Both the position numbers and the translations under genes were made by a program. Below the pieces are notes generated by a model. The model saw only the letters and a list, made by a program, of their open reading frames with translations. It had not been told where the DNA came from and searched no databases. Shown in pieces: positions 12,001 through 22,989 of a stretch of 64,000 nucleotides of DNA; position 1 is the stretch's first letter, and the number at the start of each line of letters is the position of its first letter. Origin of the DNA: Hamiltosporidium tvaerminnensis FI-OER-3-3 (Eukaryota > Fungi > Microsporidia); the NCBI GenBank assembly GCA_022605425.2, contig JAKIMF020000005.1, forward strand, positions 1,302,001 through 1,366,000. Reading direction: 5' to 3'.

Positions 12001-12715
12001 CCAGAAGAACAAATAATCTAATATGAAATTATATAGTAAGAATTAAAGACAGCAATCTCTCAGTTTTGAAAAGTATTAAATTTAAATACAATAAGAAATG
12101 TCCATAAAAAAAGAAGGTTTCACAATCGCAAAAATATATTAAAATCTGTTCAGAGACAAATTAATAGTGTTTCATTTAAAAAAATAATAAGAGGCAATTT
12201 TTGCTTTAAATAAGAAATTAATGTAATAATAAAAGCATATTTTCAATCTTTCTGTAATTCGGTAACATTTTTAATAAAATATCAAAAAGGCTTGATTAAA
12301 ACCAATTAATCATACAAAGAAAGAATAAATTTAAGAACACAAATAATATTTTATCTAAATTAAAAGATTTGATAAATTAAAAACATATTTTATAAAAATA
12401 TTTTTAATAATTTCTAGATTAAATAGCATATTCTGTGATTAAATTTGCAAGCGATGAATATTTAGAATTAGAATTTCTTTGATTTATACGTAAATGCAAA
12501 TAAAATCTTTTGGGCGCCATTGTTGATTTAACATTTAGTTTATTTAATATAGCTTAGATATTCTAGAATGACAATTCGTCATGGAAAAATTAATTAATGT
12601 ACGCATTTATATCAAATTAGAAATTTATAAATTGTTTTTCTAAAAAAAATGATTAGAAAAAATATTTTTTATCAACTAACTGATAAGAAATATATATAAT
12701 AAATTCTTGTAATCC

Positions 12716-13867
12716 ATGCAATTTAGAATGAGAAATGGAGAAAATATAAATGAAAATGATACTAATAGAAAACCAACATATCTACTGTTTCCTAATGGTT
12801 CGAATAAAAAGATTTTTAGACAACAAGGAATTGTTTCAAGCAATCCATTTTTCGATAGAAGAATATTACATAATCGTTTTAATGAAAGTTTTATAAACAA
12901 GCGAATGATACCAAATCAATGCTATGATTTTTTTCCGGGTAGAATAGTGAACAAAGAAACAATAAGAAATCTTAATGAAAGAACAAAACCAACCACTGTG
13001 AACAGCTTAGACCTAAGAAATGAAGTAGATCTTCTTTTGAATTTTTCTAGATCGATTTCAGTTGAAAAAAGAATAAAAGTAAGATCAAATTCAACCTTAA
13101 ATGTGGATTCCTATGATGCAAGAAACGAATTTTTTGATTCAGATGATTTTACGAGATTTACTAATTCCAAAAACCTAAATACTTTTCATATTTCAGATGT
13201 CGATCAGAGCGTCTGTGACCCCAACTTGAAGGATGACATAGCTTATAAACGATTCGATTTACCCAATGATGGATTGAGCGACATTAAAAGTAAATTATTA
13301 AACGAAAACAAAGAAGTCGATAATTTCAATGAATATCCCGATCAAAATAAAAACACATCTACACGTGTTTTCCGGAGAAAATCTAGTATAATTTCGCCTG
13401 ATATGATTGTTTCTCGTAAGAATTCAGAATTAAAAGCAATTCAAATACCTCACCGCGAAAATAACATCATTAAAAATACTAAACCAGAAGAAGCTATTTC
13501 TGCAATACCAAAGCCAAAGAAATCGAAACTAATTGAAATGTTTAATTGGATACAAAAATATGATCCTATTTATAAAGCAAATTCCATGGCGAAAAAGTAC
13601 TTAGCTTTTCTTATAAAGAATATTGATGTTTACACGAATCGACGTAAGCGCTCAAAGCAGGAAAATCTTTCATCAGAAGATAAGAAGAACAATCATGTTG
13701 AATCAGAACACCATCGCCGGGATGCAATTAATTTGGGTTTATATGCACTAAGTGAGATAATTCCTGGACCAGTTTCAAAAAGTAAAAAAAGTGTGATATT
13801 AAATGCAATTCATTATATAATGAAATCAAGATACGAAAATAGTTATTTTTCTAAAAAAAGTTTATGA
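12716..13867 (+). CDS. bHLH transcription factor (C-terminal bHLH)
   Basis: NNHVESEHHRRDAINLGLYALSEIIP...SKKSVILNAIHYI matches the H-E-R basic region and helix-loop-helix pattern. Confidence 0.85.
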   Translation: MQFRMRNGENINENDTNRKPTYLLFPNGSNKKIFRQQGIVSSNPFFDRRILHNRFNESFINKRMIPNQCYDFFPGRIVNKETIRNLNERTKPTTVNSLDLRNEVDLLLNFSRSISVEKRIKVRSNSTLNVDSYDARNEFFDSDDFTRFTNSKNLNTFHISDVDQSVCDPNLKDDIAYKRFDLPNDGLSDIKSKLLNENKEVDNFNEYPDQNKNTSTRVFRRKSSIISPDMIVSRKNSELKAIQIPHRENNIIKNTKPEEAISAIPKPKKSKLIEMFNWIQKYDPIYKANSMAKKYLAFLIKNIDVYTNRRKRSKQENLSSEDKKNNHVESEHHRRDAINLGLYALSEIIPGPVSKSKKSVILNAIHYIMKSRYENSYFSKKSL

Positions 13868-14656
13868 AAGTTTATTAAATGTAAATATAAGTTTGTTAAA
13901 TTTTTTTTCTATAAATTATTCTTCCTTTCTAAAAAAGCATCAAATTAAATTGTTTCTCAGTGTTTATATTTTTCATGTTTTTTTTTGATTTTTTAATCAG
14001 AAAAATATATTGATAAAGTAATTAATTTTCTAATATTAGAAAAAATTATATAATAAATCAAAAAAATTTAAAGCTTTATCCTAAATAAGCTTCATGTATA
14101 AGAATATATTTTAATTTCAGAAATGGCAATCTTGAATATTAAGATTTCTTTCATACTAATTGTATAAGTACTATAATATAGTAAATTTTCTAATAAAATG
14201 TATATAGTTTATGTTCCGTGTAATAATACAAAGAAACTAAGAATAATTATTTTGCTTCTGGTTTTGAAAAAAGAATAAACATATTTAAAATTATCTGCTT
14301 GATAATGAATAGGTGATGTTGATCTGAACATCATTTTTAAAATTTTTATTTGGAATCAACTCCTACAATTTACGGAGATTTTATGAAAATTTGTATATAG
14401 AGGAGAAAGTCTAAAAAACGAAGAAATTTTTTTTACGAAATTTTTTTGGGTCTTAAGTAACTATATTGTAAACCAAGAGTAAACCTGTAGGTAATTATCA
14501 TACAAAAGCAAAGGTAAATTGGCCTCGGTCATATGATTTGAAGATTTTGTGGCTAGAAGATATAACATTTACATATATATTAAAATACAACTAATGATAA
14601 GTCACTGATTATGTCGGGTGATGTGAATTATCAATCTCTTAATAAACCTTATGCAA

Positions 14657-15720
14657 GTAACTAACTAACTCACACCGCCGCGCTACAGCCCTTGGAGAGC
14701 TCTAGCCTACTTAACGATTCTCCTAAATTCTTCTTTATTGTGAAACAAGTTTATCGATTGCAATACATTGAGTTCTTTTAGCTCCTTTTTCACGTCGTCT
14801 AGCCCTCTTTTCTCGGTCTAGCTTGTCTTATCTTACCTTCAGGTGCATATATAAGAATTTTGCCAAAAGCTATTTCGTGGAGATTCGTTCTAGTGTCTTA
14901 GCCATCTAAGTATTCTTTGCTTCATTATGATTACTAAATTTTTTTCTTCGTAATGCTAGTCTATTTCTAGATTTGATCTAATCCTCACTTGTTATTTTTG
15001 AATATTAGACCGTATATCCTCCTCAGTATCTTTCTTTCCTATATGTCTAGCAGGGTTTCGTCTCTTTTTGTCATCACCAGTGTTACGGAGACGTACAGTA
15101 CAACCGGTCTAATAATCGTCCTATATATCTGTCTTTTAGTATTTCGATTTAACAGGTTTGACTTCAGAAAGCGGTGCACGGCAAAGTAGGTCTTGTTGCC
15201 TGTTTATATTTTTTCTTTAATCTCAAGAGAATTTATGTTATTCTCGTTCAGAAAAGATCCCAAGTATTCGAAGTTTGATACTCTTTCAAATATATATGAA
15301 TCAATTTTTAAAGAGCTTTTCAAGTATTTATCGATAAAGGAGCTGATTATATATTTTGTTTTCCTTTAATTTATTTTTGGTCCAGCTTTTCCTGATGTCG
15401 CTGCTAATATTCTTAAAGTTAGTTCTTTATTTTTTTGCTTTCTTCGCACGATGGCCAAAGTATCTGCATATGCTATGTATTAGGTGATTCCGTTAAATAT
15501 TATTCTATCAGTCTTCTTTGCTAACTTTCGGATTATTTCCTTAAGTGCTAGATTGAACAGTACGCAAGATTATGTATCATCCTGTCTAAACCCCATATTA
15601 GTACCAAAATTATCAGATATTTTACCTGTTAACAATACATTTCTTTTGTTTGCATCAGTTTCATCTTGATTAAACGAATGATTTTCATGGAAACCTTGTA
15701 CAAGTAGTCGTGATGTATCT
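14657..15720 (-). mobile_element. Degenerate RTE-clade LINE remnant (RT and 3' end)
   Basis: Minus-strand remnants GFRQDDT*SCVLFNLAL, YIAYAD, FERVSNFEYLG, IRPVVLY, PEGKIRQARP, ARALQGL*; (TTAG)n-like microsatellite tail at ~14658-14671. Confidence 0.85.
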
Positions 15721-17096
15721 TAGCAGAAAATCTATTCTAATCAGAAAGTTTAGAGTCAGCAGGCAAAGGTTAGGATTCGGATCAGGGGAGTCCAATATTA
15801 ATTTAGTTTTGTGATAAAATCCAAAAATCGGATTTTAACTCCCATCGAGTAACTTCTGTTGGTTAAATGAGTTCTGCATGGTTTTTAGATGAAAAGCTAT
15901 GATATATGTACCACAAGTTAACCAATGGTCCATTGTAGAGCAATTATTTATGTATAATCAAAAACCGTGAGTATCATCATTGAGACAATATAACACGTGT
16001 CATTATTATAAAAATTTTTTACTTATTGTAAAGTTCAATTTAGCGATTTAAAGCAAGAATGGCCAATAATCACATAAATCTTCGATTTCATTTCTACAGG
16101 AATATTGGTAAGCAATTTTTTTTGGTATTCATAATTCTGATTTCTACCGTTATATTATATAAAAAAAACCTTCAAATTCTTAAATTTACATAAATTATTT
16201 CACTGCAAGTTTTAAACTTCCAGCAATAAGTACAGCTTCTTAAACCGTGCCAATCCAAGTAAATAAAAGTTTAAAATCAAAAATTAGGTTATTTTTTTTC
16301 TTAATATTACTCCATTTCCATCATTATCTTATAAAAAAAATGACTAAAAAATCTAATAAATATAAAAACATATAACAGACAATAAAAAATTCACAAAATT
16401 CTAGTTATATAGTTTCATAACCAGAAAGAACCTGCCATGAGTGATAATTGTTTCTTACATGCTATCGTATTGATACTACGACCATAATTTAATGTATTAA
16501 GTCGTAGTTTAGAAAAGAAAGTCATGTAATTAGACTTTCGATTTTAATTTTTTAGTTCATTCTCTAAAATTACACATAGCCTATTTATTTAATTTTGTAA
16601 GCAAAATGTGATATTATTTATATGATAAAGCATAAAAATTTCTTTATACCTTAAATTTTACAGGACATACCAGAATGAATGAAATAAATAAAAATCATTC
16701 TCTTGTTTCTACAAACAATAAATTTTATTATAATAAAGATACGATGAGCAGAAAGACAATTTCCTTGTTAGAGACGTACTTCAAACTTAGCTGTTTTCCA
16801 GAAAAACATGGCAATATATTTCGATTTCATTTTTTAAAAAATTAGTTTTCTAACACTTAATTATTTTTATAGTGTATTATAACATTTAAGGGTAATTAAA
16901 AATCATATTAGGTATTAAATTCATTACTATTATCCATATCCAGACATAATAAAACTTCAAATCTCATATATAATATACACACATAATAAAACTTAAAACC
17001 TTATTCCCGGAATTCTGAGAAATCATTAATAAATTTAAAATTCATCATTTCCAATTAAAAAAAACCCACTAAAAAGTTTATTTTTTCTTCAACATA

Positions 17097-17335
17097 CACC
17101 AATTCCAGAAAAATTAATTTAAAAAAATTAAAATTATTTCTTTACCAAAGATCCCCTTACAACCTATAAAATACCAATTTCAGTAAAATTAATTTAAAAA
17201 AATTAAAATTATTTCTTTAACAAAGATCCCCTTAAGACCTATAAAATACCAATTTCAGTAAAATTAATTTAAAAAAATTAAAATTATTTCTTTACCAAAG
17301 ATCCCCCCCTTAAGACCTATAAAACACCAATTTCT
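17097..17335. repeat. 75-bp tandem repeat x3
   Basis: AAATTAATTTAAAAAAATTAAAATTATTTC at 17111, 17186 and 17261. Confidence 0.9.
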
Positions 17336-17795
17336 AATCATAAGAAAACCAGATTAATTATAAAATCTTCAATTTTTTTATGTAAATTCCTTTGAATATT
17401 TCAACACAAAAAAGATAGTTTTAAATTTTCCATATTCTTCTACTACCTGTATACACTTTATTTATACTGTTCTTTATAAACCAACTAAGAACAGTAATGC
17501 TTCTCACTATTACATAATTAGATATTTATAGATCTAGACTTTCTATTACATACAAGAGAGTAATCAATCTAAAAAAAGTAAATTATTTCCTTAATAATCT
17601 TAGCATAAAGAAAAAAATAAAATTTATCAGAAAAATACAAAAAAACATAAAAATTTATTTTAAATATAGAATTCCCACCATTTCATACTTTTATTAAAAA
17701 ATATAAAATAATTTATTTTCACCAATAAAATTCAATTTAAATCAAATAAATCAATTAAACACATATAACATAACTTTTATTAAATTTAAAAAATA

Positions 17796-18947
17796 TTAGA
17801 CATTTAATTGTTCATAATAACATTTTTCAGAACACAAAACATATTCCAAAGTAACATTAATACCTTCTCTACATATATTCTCATAAAAATGCAAATTATA
17901 ATCTGTCATATTTCCACAAACAGAACAATAAACCTCTTTTATATCATCTTTTACATTTAATTTATCTTTACACGTATTTGCAAGACTTTTCGTATTTTTA
18001 TTATCAAATTTACTTCTAAGATTGTTAGAAGATAAAAAAGAATTTAAATAAATACTACTCTCCGTATTTTTTACTTCTTCTTCTTTAAAAGATTCTAATA
18101 TATTCTCAACAGACCCATTACAACCCTCACCTTCCATATTTTCACCTTCAAAAATATTTTTTTCGTTTTCACTTTCTTTAAAAAATTTTATCTTCATTTT
18201 TTCTTTTTCATTTAATTTTTGAACAATTTCACCTCCAAAAATATTTTTTTCGTTTTCACTTTCTTTAAAAAATTTTATCTTCATTTTTTCTTTTTCATTT
18301 AATTTTTGAACAATTTCACCTCCAAAAATATTTTTTTCGTTTTCACTTTCTTTAAAAAATTTTATCTTCATTTTTTCTTTTTCATTTAATTTTTGAACAA
18401 TTTCACCTTCAAAAATATTTTTTTCGTTTTCACTTTCTTTAAAAAATTTTATCTTCATTTTTTCTTTTTCATTTAATTTTTGAACAATTTCACCTCCAAA
18501 AAAACAATTATTTTCCAAAAAAAGAACATCCAATTTCATACAAAGTATCTCAGCAGGTATCGTTTTAATACAATTATTAGATAAATTTAATAATTTTAAT
18601 TTTTTCATTTTACAAATACTTTGCGGTATTTTACTAATTTTATTAAATTGTAAAGATAATTCTACAACACTATCGCTTATCAAATATTTAGAAATATATT
18701 TCAAAGAATTACAACATATTGATATACGAATATTTCTATCACGATTTATTCTTTGTAATTGTCTTATTTCTATAGGATACTCCTCTAAATCACACACATC
18801 CCATCTCAGTAAATCTGTTTCACAATTTATTAATTTAGCAGTAGTACTACGAATAGTCTCTTCAATTCTCTCATTACTATAATTTGTAAAGAAAATAGGA
18901 AGAGAAGATGAACGATCCAACCTTCGATTTGATGTCCAATGAGTCAT
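17796..18947 (-). CDS. Leucine-rich repeat protein with four internal 29-aa repeats and a C-terminal Cys cluster
   Basis: LRRs LSLQFNKISKIP, LNLSNNCIKTIP, LFLENN; C-terminal SLANTC, CSVCG, LCSEKC; CCC motif before ATG. Confidence 0.85.
   Translation of the reverse strand: MTHWTSNRRLDRSSSLPIFFTNYSNERIEETIRSTTAKLINCETDLLRWDVCDLEEYPIEIRQLQRINRDRNIRISICCNSLKYISKYLISDSVVELSLQFNKISKIPQSICKMKKLKLLNLSNNCIKTIPAEILCMKLDVLFLENNCFFGGEIVQKLNEKEKMKIKFFKESENEKNIFEGEIVQKLNEKEKMKIKFFKESENEKNIFGGEIVQKLNEKEKMKIKFFKESENEKNIFGGEIVQKLNEKEKMKIKFFKESENEKNIFEGENMEGEGCNGSVENILESFKEEEVKNTESSIYLNSFLSSNNLRSKFDNKNTKSLANTCKDKLNVKDDIKEVYCSVCGNMTDYNLHFYENICREGINVTLEYVLCSEKCYYEQLNV
18150..18497 (-). repeat. Coding minisatellite, 87 bp x4
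   Basis: (G/E)GEIVQKLNEKEKMKIKFFKESENEKNIF repeated four times, nearly identical at DNA level. Confidence 0.95.
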
Positions 18948-18998
18948 ATAAGGGTAGATAAGTGTAAAGTAATTAATTTAAAAAAAATATTTTTTACA

Positions 18999-19173
18999 AC
19001 TGAAAGTCATTATTTGAAGAAAGAGAATTCTCAGAATTGTAATAAAAAATAACAGACTATCATTATTTGTAAAGAAAGAGAATTCTCAGAATTGTAATAA
19101 AAAATAAATAACTGAAAGTCATTATTTGAAGAAAGAGAATTCTCAGAATTGTAATAAAAAATAACTGAAAGTC
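18999..19173. repeat. ~56-bp tandem repeat x3 upstream of the LRR gene
   Basis: GAAAGAGAATTCTCAGAATTGTAATAAAAAATAA occurs three times. Confidence 0.85.
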
Positions 19174-19677
19174 AGTCCCCTTTAAAACAAAGAAAATTCA
19201 AATAAAAAATTTTAATAAAATGTTTGAGTTTTAAAAAATATTTTTATTTTAATTCAATTTAAATTAAACCCCACCCCCTTATAACAATCTTTTACATTTA
19301 ATTTCTTATAATTTAAACATTAAATTTCTTATAATTTAAACATTTAATTTCAGTTTTCTATATTTTTTTTTCTAAAATATTTTTTTTTCTAAAATATTTT
19401 TATCCTTAAATTATATTCTATTAAAAAAAATAAAAAAGGAATAAATCCCAGAGTAATAAATAATAAAATAATTAAAAAGTTAGAAATAATAAATCTTAGA
19501 AATATATAAAGAAAGAAGAAAATAGAGAAGAAAAGAGAAATAGAAAATAATTAAAGAAATATAAAAAAAATAGAAATTAAAGAAAAATAGAAATTAAAGA
19601 AGAAATAAAAATATAAAAAAGAAATAGAAAAAATATAAAAATATAAGAATAAAGAAAAAAGAATTAAAAAATTCCTT

Positions 19678-20270
19678 TTATTCGTAAACAGGTTCAGGTT
19701 TATAATTAATTCTTCTTTCCTTTCCTTGTCTCTTCTTTCCACACACACGTGGATAAACTTTAGAGTATTTCTCACCAGTAACACCAAAGTATTTAAACGC
19801 CTTTCTATTCGTACGATCACCACTCATCAGAACAACATCCTCCATACACTTCACCACCTTAAAAAGTCTGTCCAACGTAAAACACTCACCACCAAACTTT
19901 TCAATCTTTTTTTGTGCAGTTCTAGAAAATTCTAAAGCAACCACACGTATTCCAGGTATTTCTATCATTCTCTCATCATCAAGCACTTTACCAACTACTA
20001 CAGCTACCTTATCACTCTTACCTTCCAATTGTCTCACAATATTAGATACTTTTAAAGGATGTTGGTTACTTCTACTCATTCTTAACCTATGTGCTATTTT
20101 CTTTATCACTTCACAATCAGTATTATCAGATATCTTAGTAAATAAGTCAAATAAACCCACTCTGTATATATTCTTGGTTACAGGTGTCTTTCTTACTTGT
20201 AATCTCTTCAATCTCTTTTTCTCAGTTTTTGTCTTTTGCTTAAATAAGAAATAAGAAATTCACTTACCAT
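19678..20270 (-). CDS. RPL18: 60S ribosomal protein L18 (eL18); two exons, 20270-20268 (ATG) and 20238-19678
   Basis: RLRMSRSNQHPL, VVGKVLDDER, ALEFSRTAQKKIEKFGGECFTLD are eL18 motifs. The ORF track start is TTG; the real ATG is joined in frame by a 29-nt intron, giving MQKTKTEKKRLKRLQVRK. Confidence 0.93.
20239..20267 (-). other. 29-nt spliceosomal intron immediately after the RPL18 start codon
   Basis: ATG|GTAAGTGAATTTCTTATTTCTTATTTAAG|CAA; removal restores the frame; CCC motif sits just upstream of this ATG. Confidence 0.9.
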
Positions 20271-20285
20271 TTTAAAGGGTAAAGA

Positions 20286-20505
20286 AATAAAAAAATAAAA
20301 AAATTAAAATTTTTATGAAAAGAAGTGGGTTGTATAAGTAAAGAAGTGGTTGGATAAGAAAAATAAAAAAATAAAATTTTTATGAAAAGAAGTGGGTTGG
20401 GTAAGAAAGGAAGTGGTTGGATAAGAAAAATAAAAAAATAAAATTTTTATGAAAAGAAGTGGGTTGGATAAGTAAGGAAGTGGTTGGATAAGAAAAATAA
20501 AAAAA
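20286..20505. repeat. 67-bp tandem repeat x3 in the RPL18 upstream region
   Basis: TTTTATGAAAAGAAGTGGGTTG at about 20311, 20378 and 20445. Confidence 0.85.
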
Positions 20506-20711
20506 TATTAAGAAGTAAAAAAAAATAAATAAAAAAGAAGAAATAAAAAAAAGAAATAAAAAAAATAAATAAAAAAGAAGAAATAAAAAAAATATTTTTC
20601 TAATTTTTATATTTATTAATCTAACCCTAATCCTAACTAACAAATCTTTAAAATTCAAAACACTTCCCAATTAAATTTATTCCTATAACTTGTCTCTCTT
20701 AACACATAACA

Positions 20712-20873
20712 CTACTCATTCCTCTTCCTTATCTTCTACTTTAATTCTAACAACACAATTCATAAATTCTTTATTAACCTCCCATCTTCCTACTCATTCC
20801 TCTTCCTTATCTTCTACTTTAATTCTAACAACACAATTCATAAATTCTTTATTAACCTCCCATCTTCCTACTC
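20712..20873. repeat. Exact 78-bp tandem duplication of the 3' end of the RRP9-like gene
   Basis: Units start at 20712 and 20790; CTACTC microhomology at 20712, 20790 and 20868. Confidence 0.95.
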
Positions 20874-22065
20874 TATTTTCTCTACCACATCCTACATAAT
20901 AAGATTTATTAAAATATTTAATAAAATTAACAACTCCATACACTTCAGCCTTAACTAATACATTAATATCTGTATCAGTAACACTAAAGAAATAAATAAA
21001 ACCGTTTTGTGTTCCAAGAACACATTTATTTTTTTTACTGAGAAATATAGAAGTAATAGAAAATCCTATTGGTTTACAAAGGAAAGGTGTAGATTTTGAA
21101 ATAAGGAAATATAAGAGATATCCTGTATCAGTTCCTACTAAAATTCTTTGTTCGGTATAAAAACCGCCACATTGTATAAATCCTTGGGTGGATTTGTATG
21201 AAAGATGATTTTCTTTTTTAAAAATATAAAATTTTACATCTGAAGTACCAATCACCATTACAAGGCCACCTTTACTCACACATACATATGATATCGGACA
21301 CTTCGGACCATAAAATGTACGTACCAGTGCCACACCACTTCTCAACAAACATATCTTTCTATTTGCTAATCCAACCACCACACCATTTTCCTTACCACAA
21401 TACATCATACTGTTCACACCACAACTTCCAATCTTCAAAGATCTAAAATGCATAAACAAACTATTGCTATATCTTTTAATATTAATATCTTTTTTTATAT
21501 TATTATTATTATCTATATCTTTGTTAGTATTAATATCTTTGTTATTATTAATATCTTTGTTATTATTAATATCTTTATTTATATTAAAATCGTTATTTGT
21601 GTTAATATCATTATTTATAGTTATATGTGTACTTTCCTCACCATTATCCTTATCCATACCTTCCCTATTACCTCTATCTATATCCCCTCTATCAATATCC
21701 TTACCACCATCTATATCCTCTCTAGCACAATCATTATCTCTATCACAATCATTACCACCCTTACCTTTACCACCTTCACCATCCTCTATAATACCCTTAA
21801 CTCTAACCATAAACTGCTCCTCACTACACACATAAACCTTCCCTTTACTCGTCCCAAAATATAAACACCCATTACCACAACACATAGAAATAACACTACA
21901 CCCCACACTAATAACACTACCACCCTTTAATTTACTATCACACACTAAAATAGAAGAATGCTTACCACATATCACTAAATAACACCCAAATATCAGTATA
22001 TCAGTAGGACAACCCTTTAGTCTCTTAAAAGAAATAAAATTAACAGAAATTGAATTACTAACCAT
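20794..22065 (-). CDS. RRP9: WD40 protein, likely U3 snoRNP Rrp9/U3-55K homolog, with a low-complexity insertion
   Basis: Beta-propeller-like repeats; C-terminal VGCGRENRVGRW resembles the Rrp9 GxEHRLGRW signature; DINNNK-repeat insert; CCC motif before ATG. Confidence 0.65.
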   Translation of the reverse strand: MVSNSISVNFISFKRLKGCPTDILIFGCYLVICGKHSSILVCDSKLKGGSVISVGCSVISMCCGNGCLYFGTSKGKVYVCSEEQFMVRVKGIIEDGEGGKGKGGNDCDRDNDCAREDIDGGKDIDRGDIDRGNREGMDKDNGEESTHITINNDINTNNDFNINKDINNNKDINNNKDINTNKDIDNNNNIKKDINIKRYSNSLFMHFRSLKIGSCGVNSMMYCGKENGVVVGLANRKICLLRSGVALVRTFYGPKCPISYVCVSKGGLVMVIGTSDVKFYIFKKENHLSYKSTQGFIQCGGFYTEQRILVGTDTGYLLYFLISKSTPFLCKPIGFSITSIFLSKKNKCVLGTQNGFIYFFSVTDTDINVLVKAEVYGVVNFIKYFNKSYYVGCGRENRVGRWEVNKEFMNCVVRIKVEDKEEE

Positions 22066-22164
22066 AAAATTAAAGGGTAAAACAAAAAAAAAGAAATAAA
22101 AGGGAAATAAAAGGAATAAAAAAGAATAAAAATAATGAAAGGGAATGGAAAGGTGTAAGGATAG

Positions 22165-22985
22165 GTAATAAGAGTAGTAATAAGGGTAGTAGGATTAGTA
22201 TAATAAGGGTAGTAGGATTAGTATAATAAGGGTTAGTAATAAGAGGGTTAATAAGGGTAGTAATAGGAGGGTTAGTAAAGGGTAATAGGATTAGTAGGGT
22301 GTTATTTACAGTACAGTAGATAAAAGGGTGTTAAAAATAAAAATAATTTAAAGAGGTCTTAATACTAGTACAGTAAATTAAAAGGGTCTTAATAATAAAA
22401 TAATAATTTAAAAGGGTGTTAATAAGAGTAGTAATATAAGTGGTGTTAATAATATAATAATAATTAAAAGGGTCTTAAAAATAAAATAATAATTTAAAGG
22501 GTGTTAATAATAAGAGTAGTAATATAAGTGGTATTAATAATACAATAATAATTTAAAAGGGTGTTAATAATATAATAATAATTAAAAGGGTGTTAAAATA
22601 AATAATAATTTAAAAGGGTGTTAATAAGAGTAGTAATATAAGTGGTGTTAATAATACAATAGTAAATAAAGGGTCTTAATACAATAGTATATAAAAGGGT
22701 CTTAATAATACAATAGTAAATAAAAGGGTCTTATTTATTATTACTTTAATTAAAAGTAAATTCACAAGCAAAAGTATTAAAAAAATTAATAAAACTAAAA
22801 ACATATAAACTAGTTAAAATCCCTTTAATCCTATATCCTATACTCCACCTTATATCCTATATCCTAACCCTATATCCTATACTTAACCATATATCCCATA
22901 TCCTAACCCTATATCCCATATCCTATACCTATATCCTATATCCATATCCCTAAAACCACACACCATATCACCCCACACCAATTAC
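22165..22985. repeat. Degenerate minisatellite and low-complexity tract between the RRP9-like gene and Hsp70
   Basis: TAAGGGTAGTAGGATTAG units (22170-22280), AAAAGGGTGTTAATAA units (22320-22735), CCTATAT/CCTAACC units (22825-22950). Confidence 0.85.
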
Positions 22986-22989
22986 CATA

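Noticed and set aside
19551-21864. Short hydrophobic ORFs (19551-19823, 20380-20670, 20690-20899, 21448-21864, 21464-21835)
   Set aside because: Antisense or low-complexity by-products of repeats and real genes; the same applies to 26783-27102 and 59232-59762
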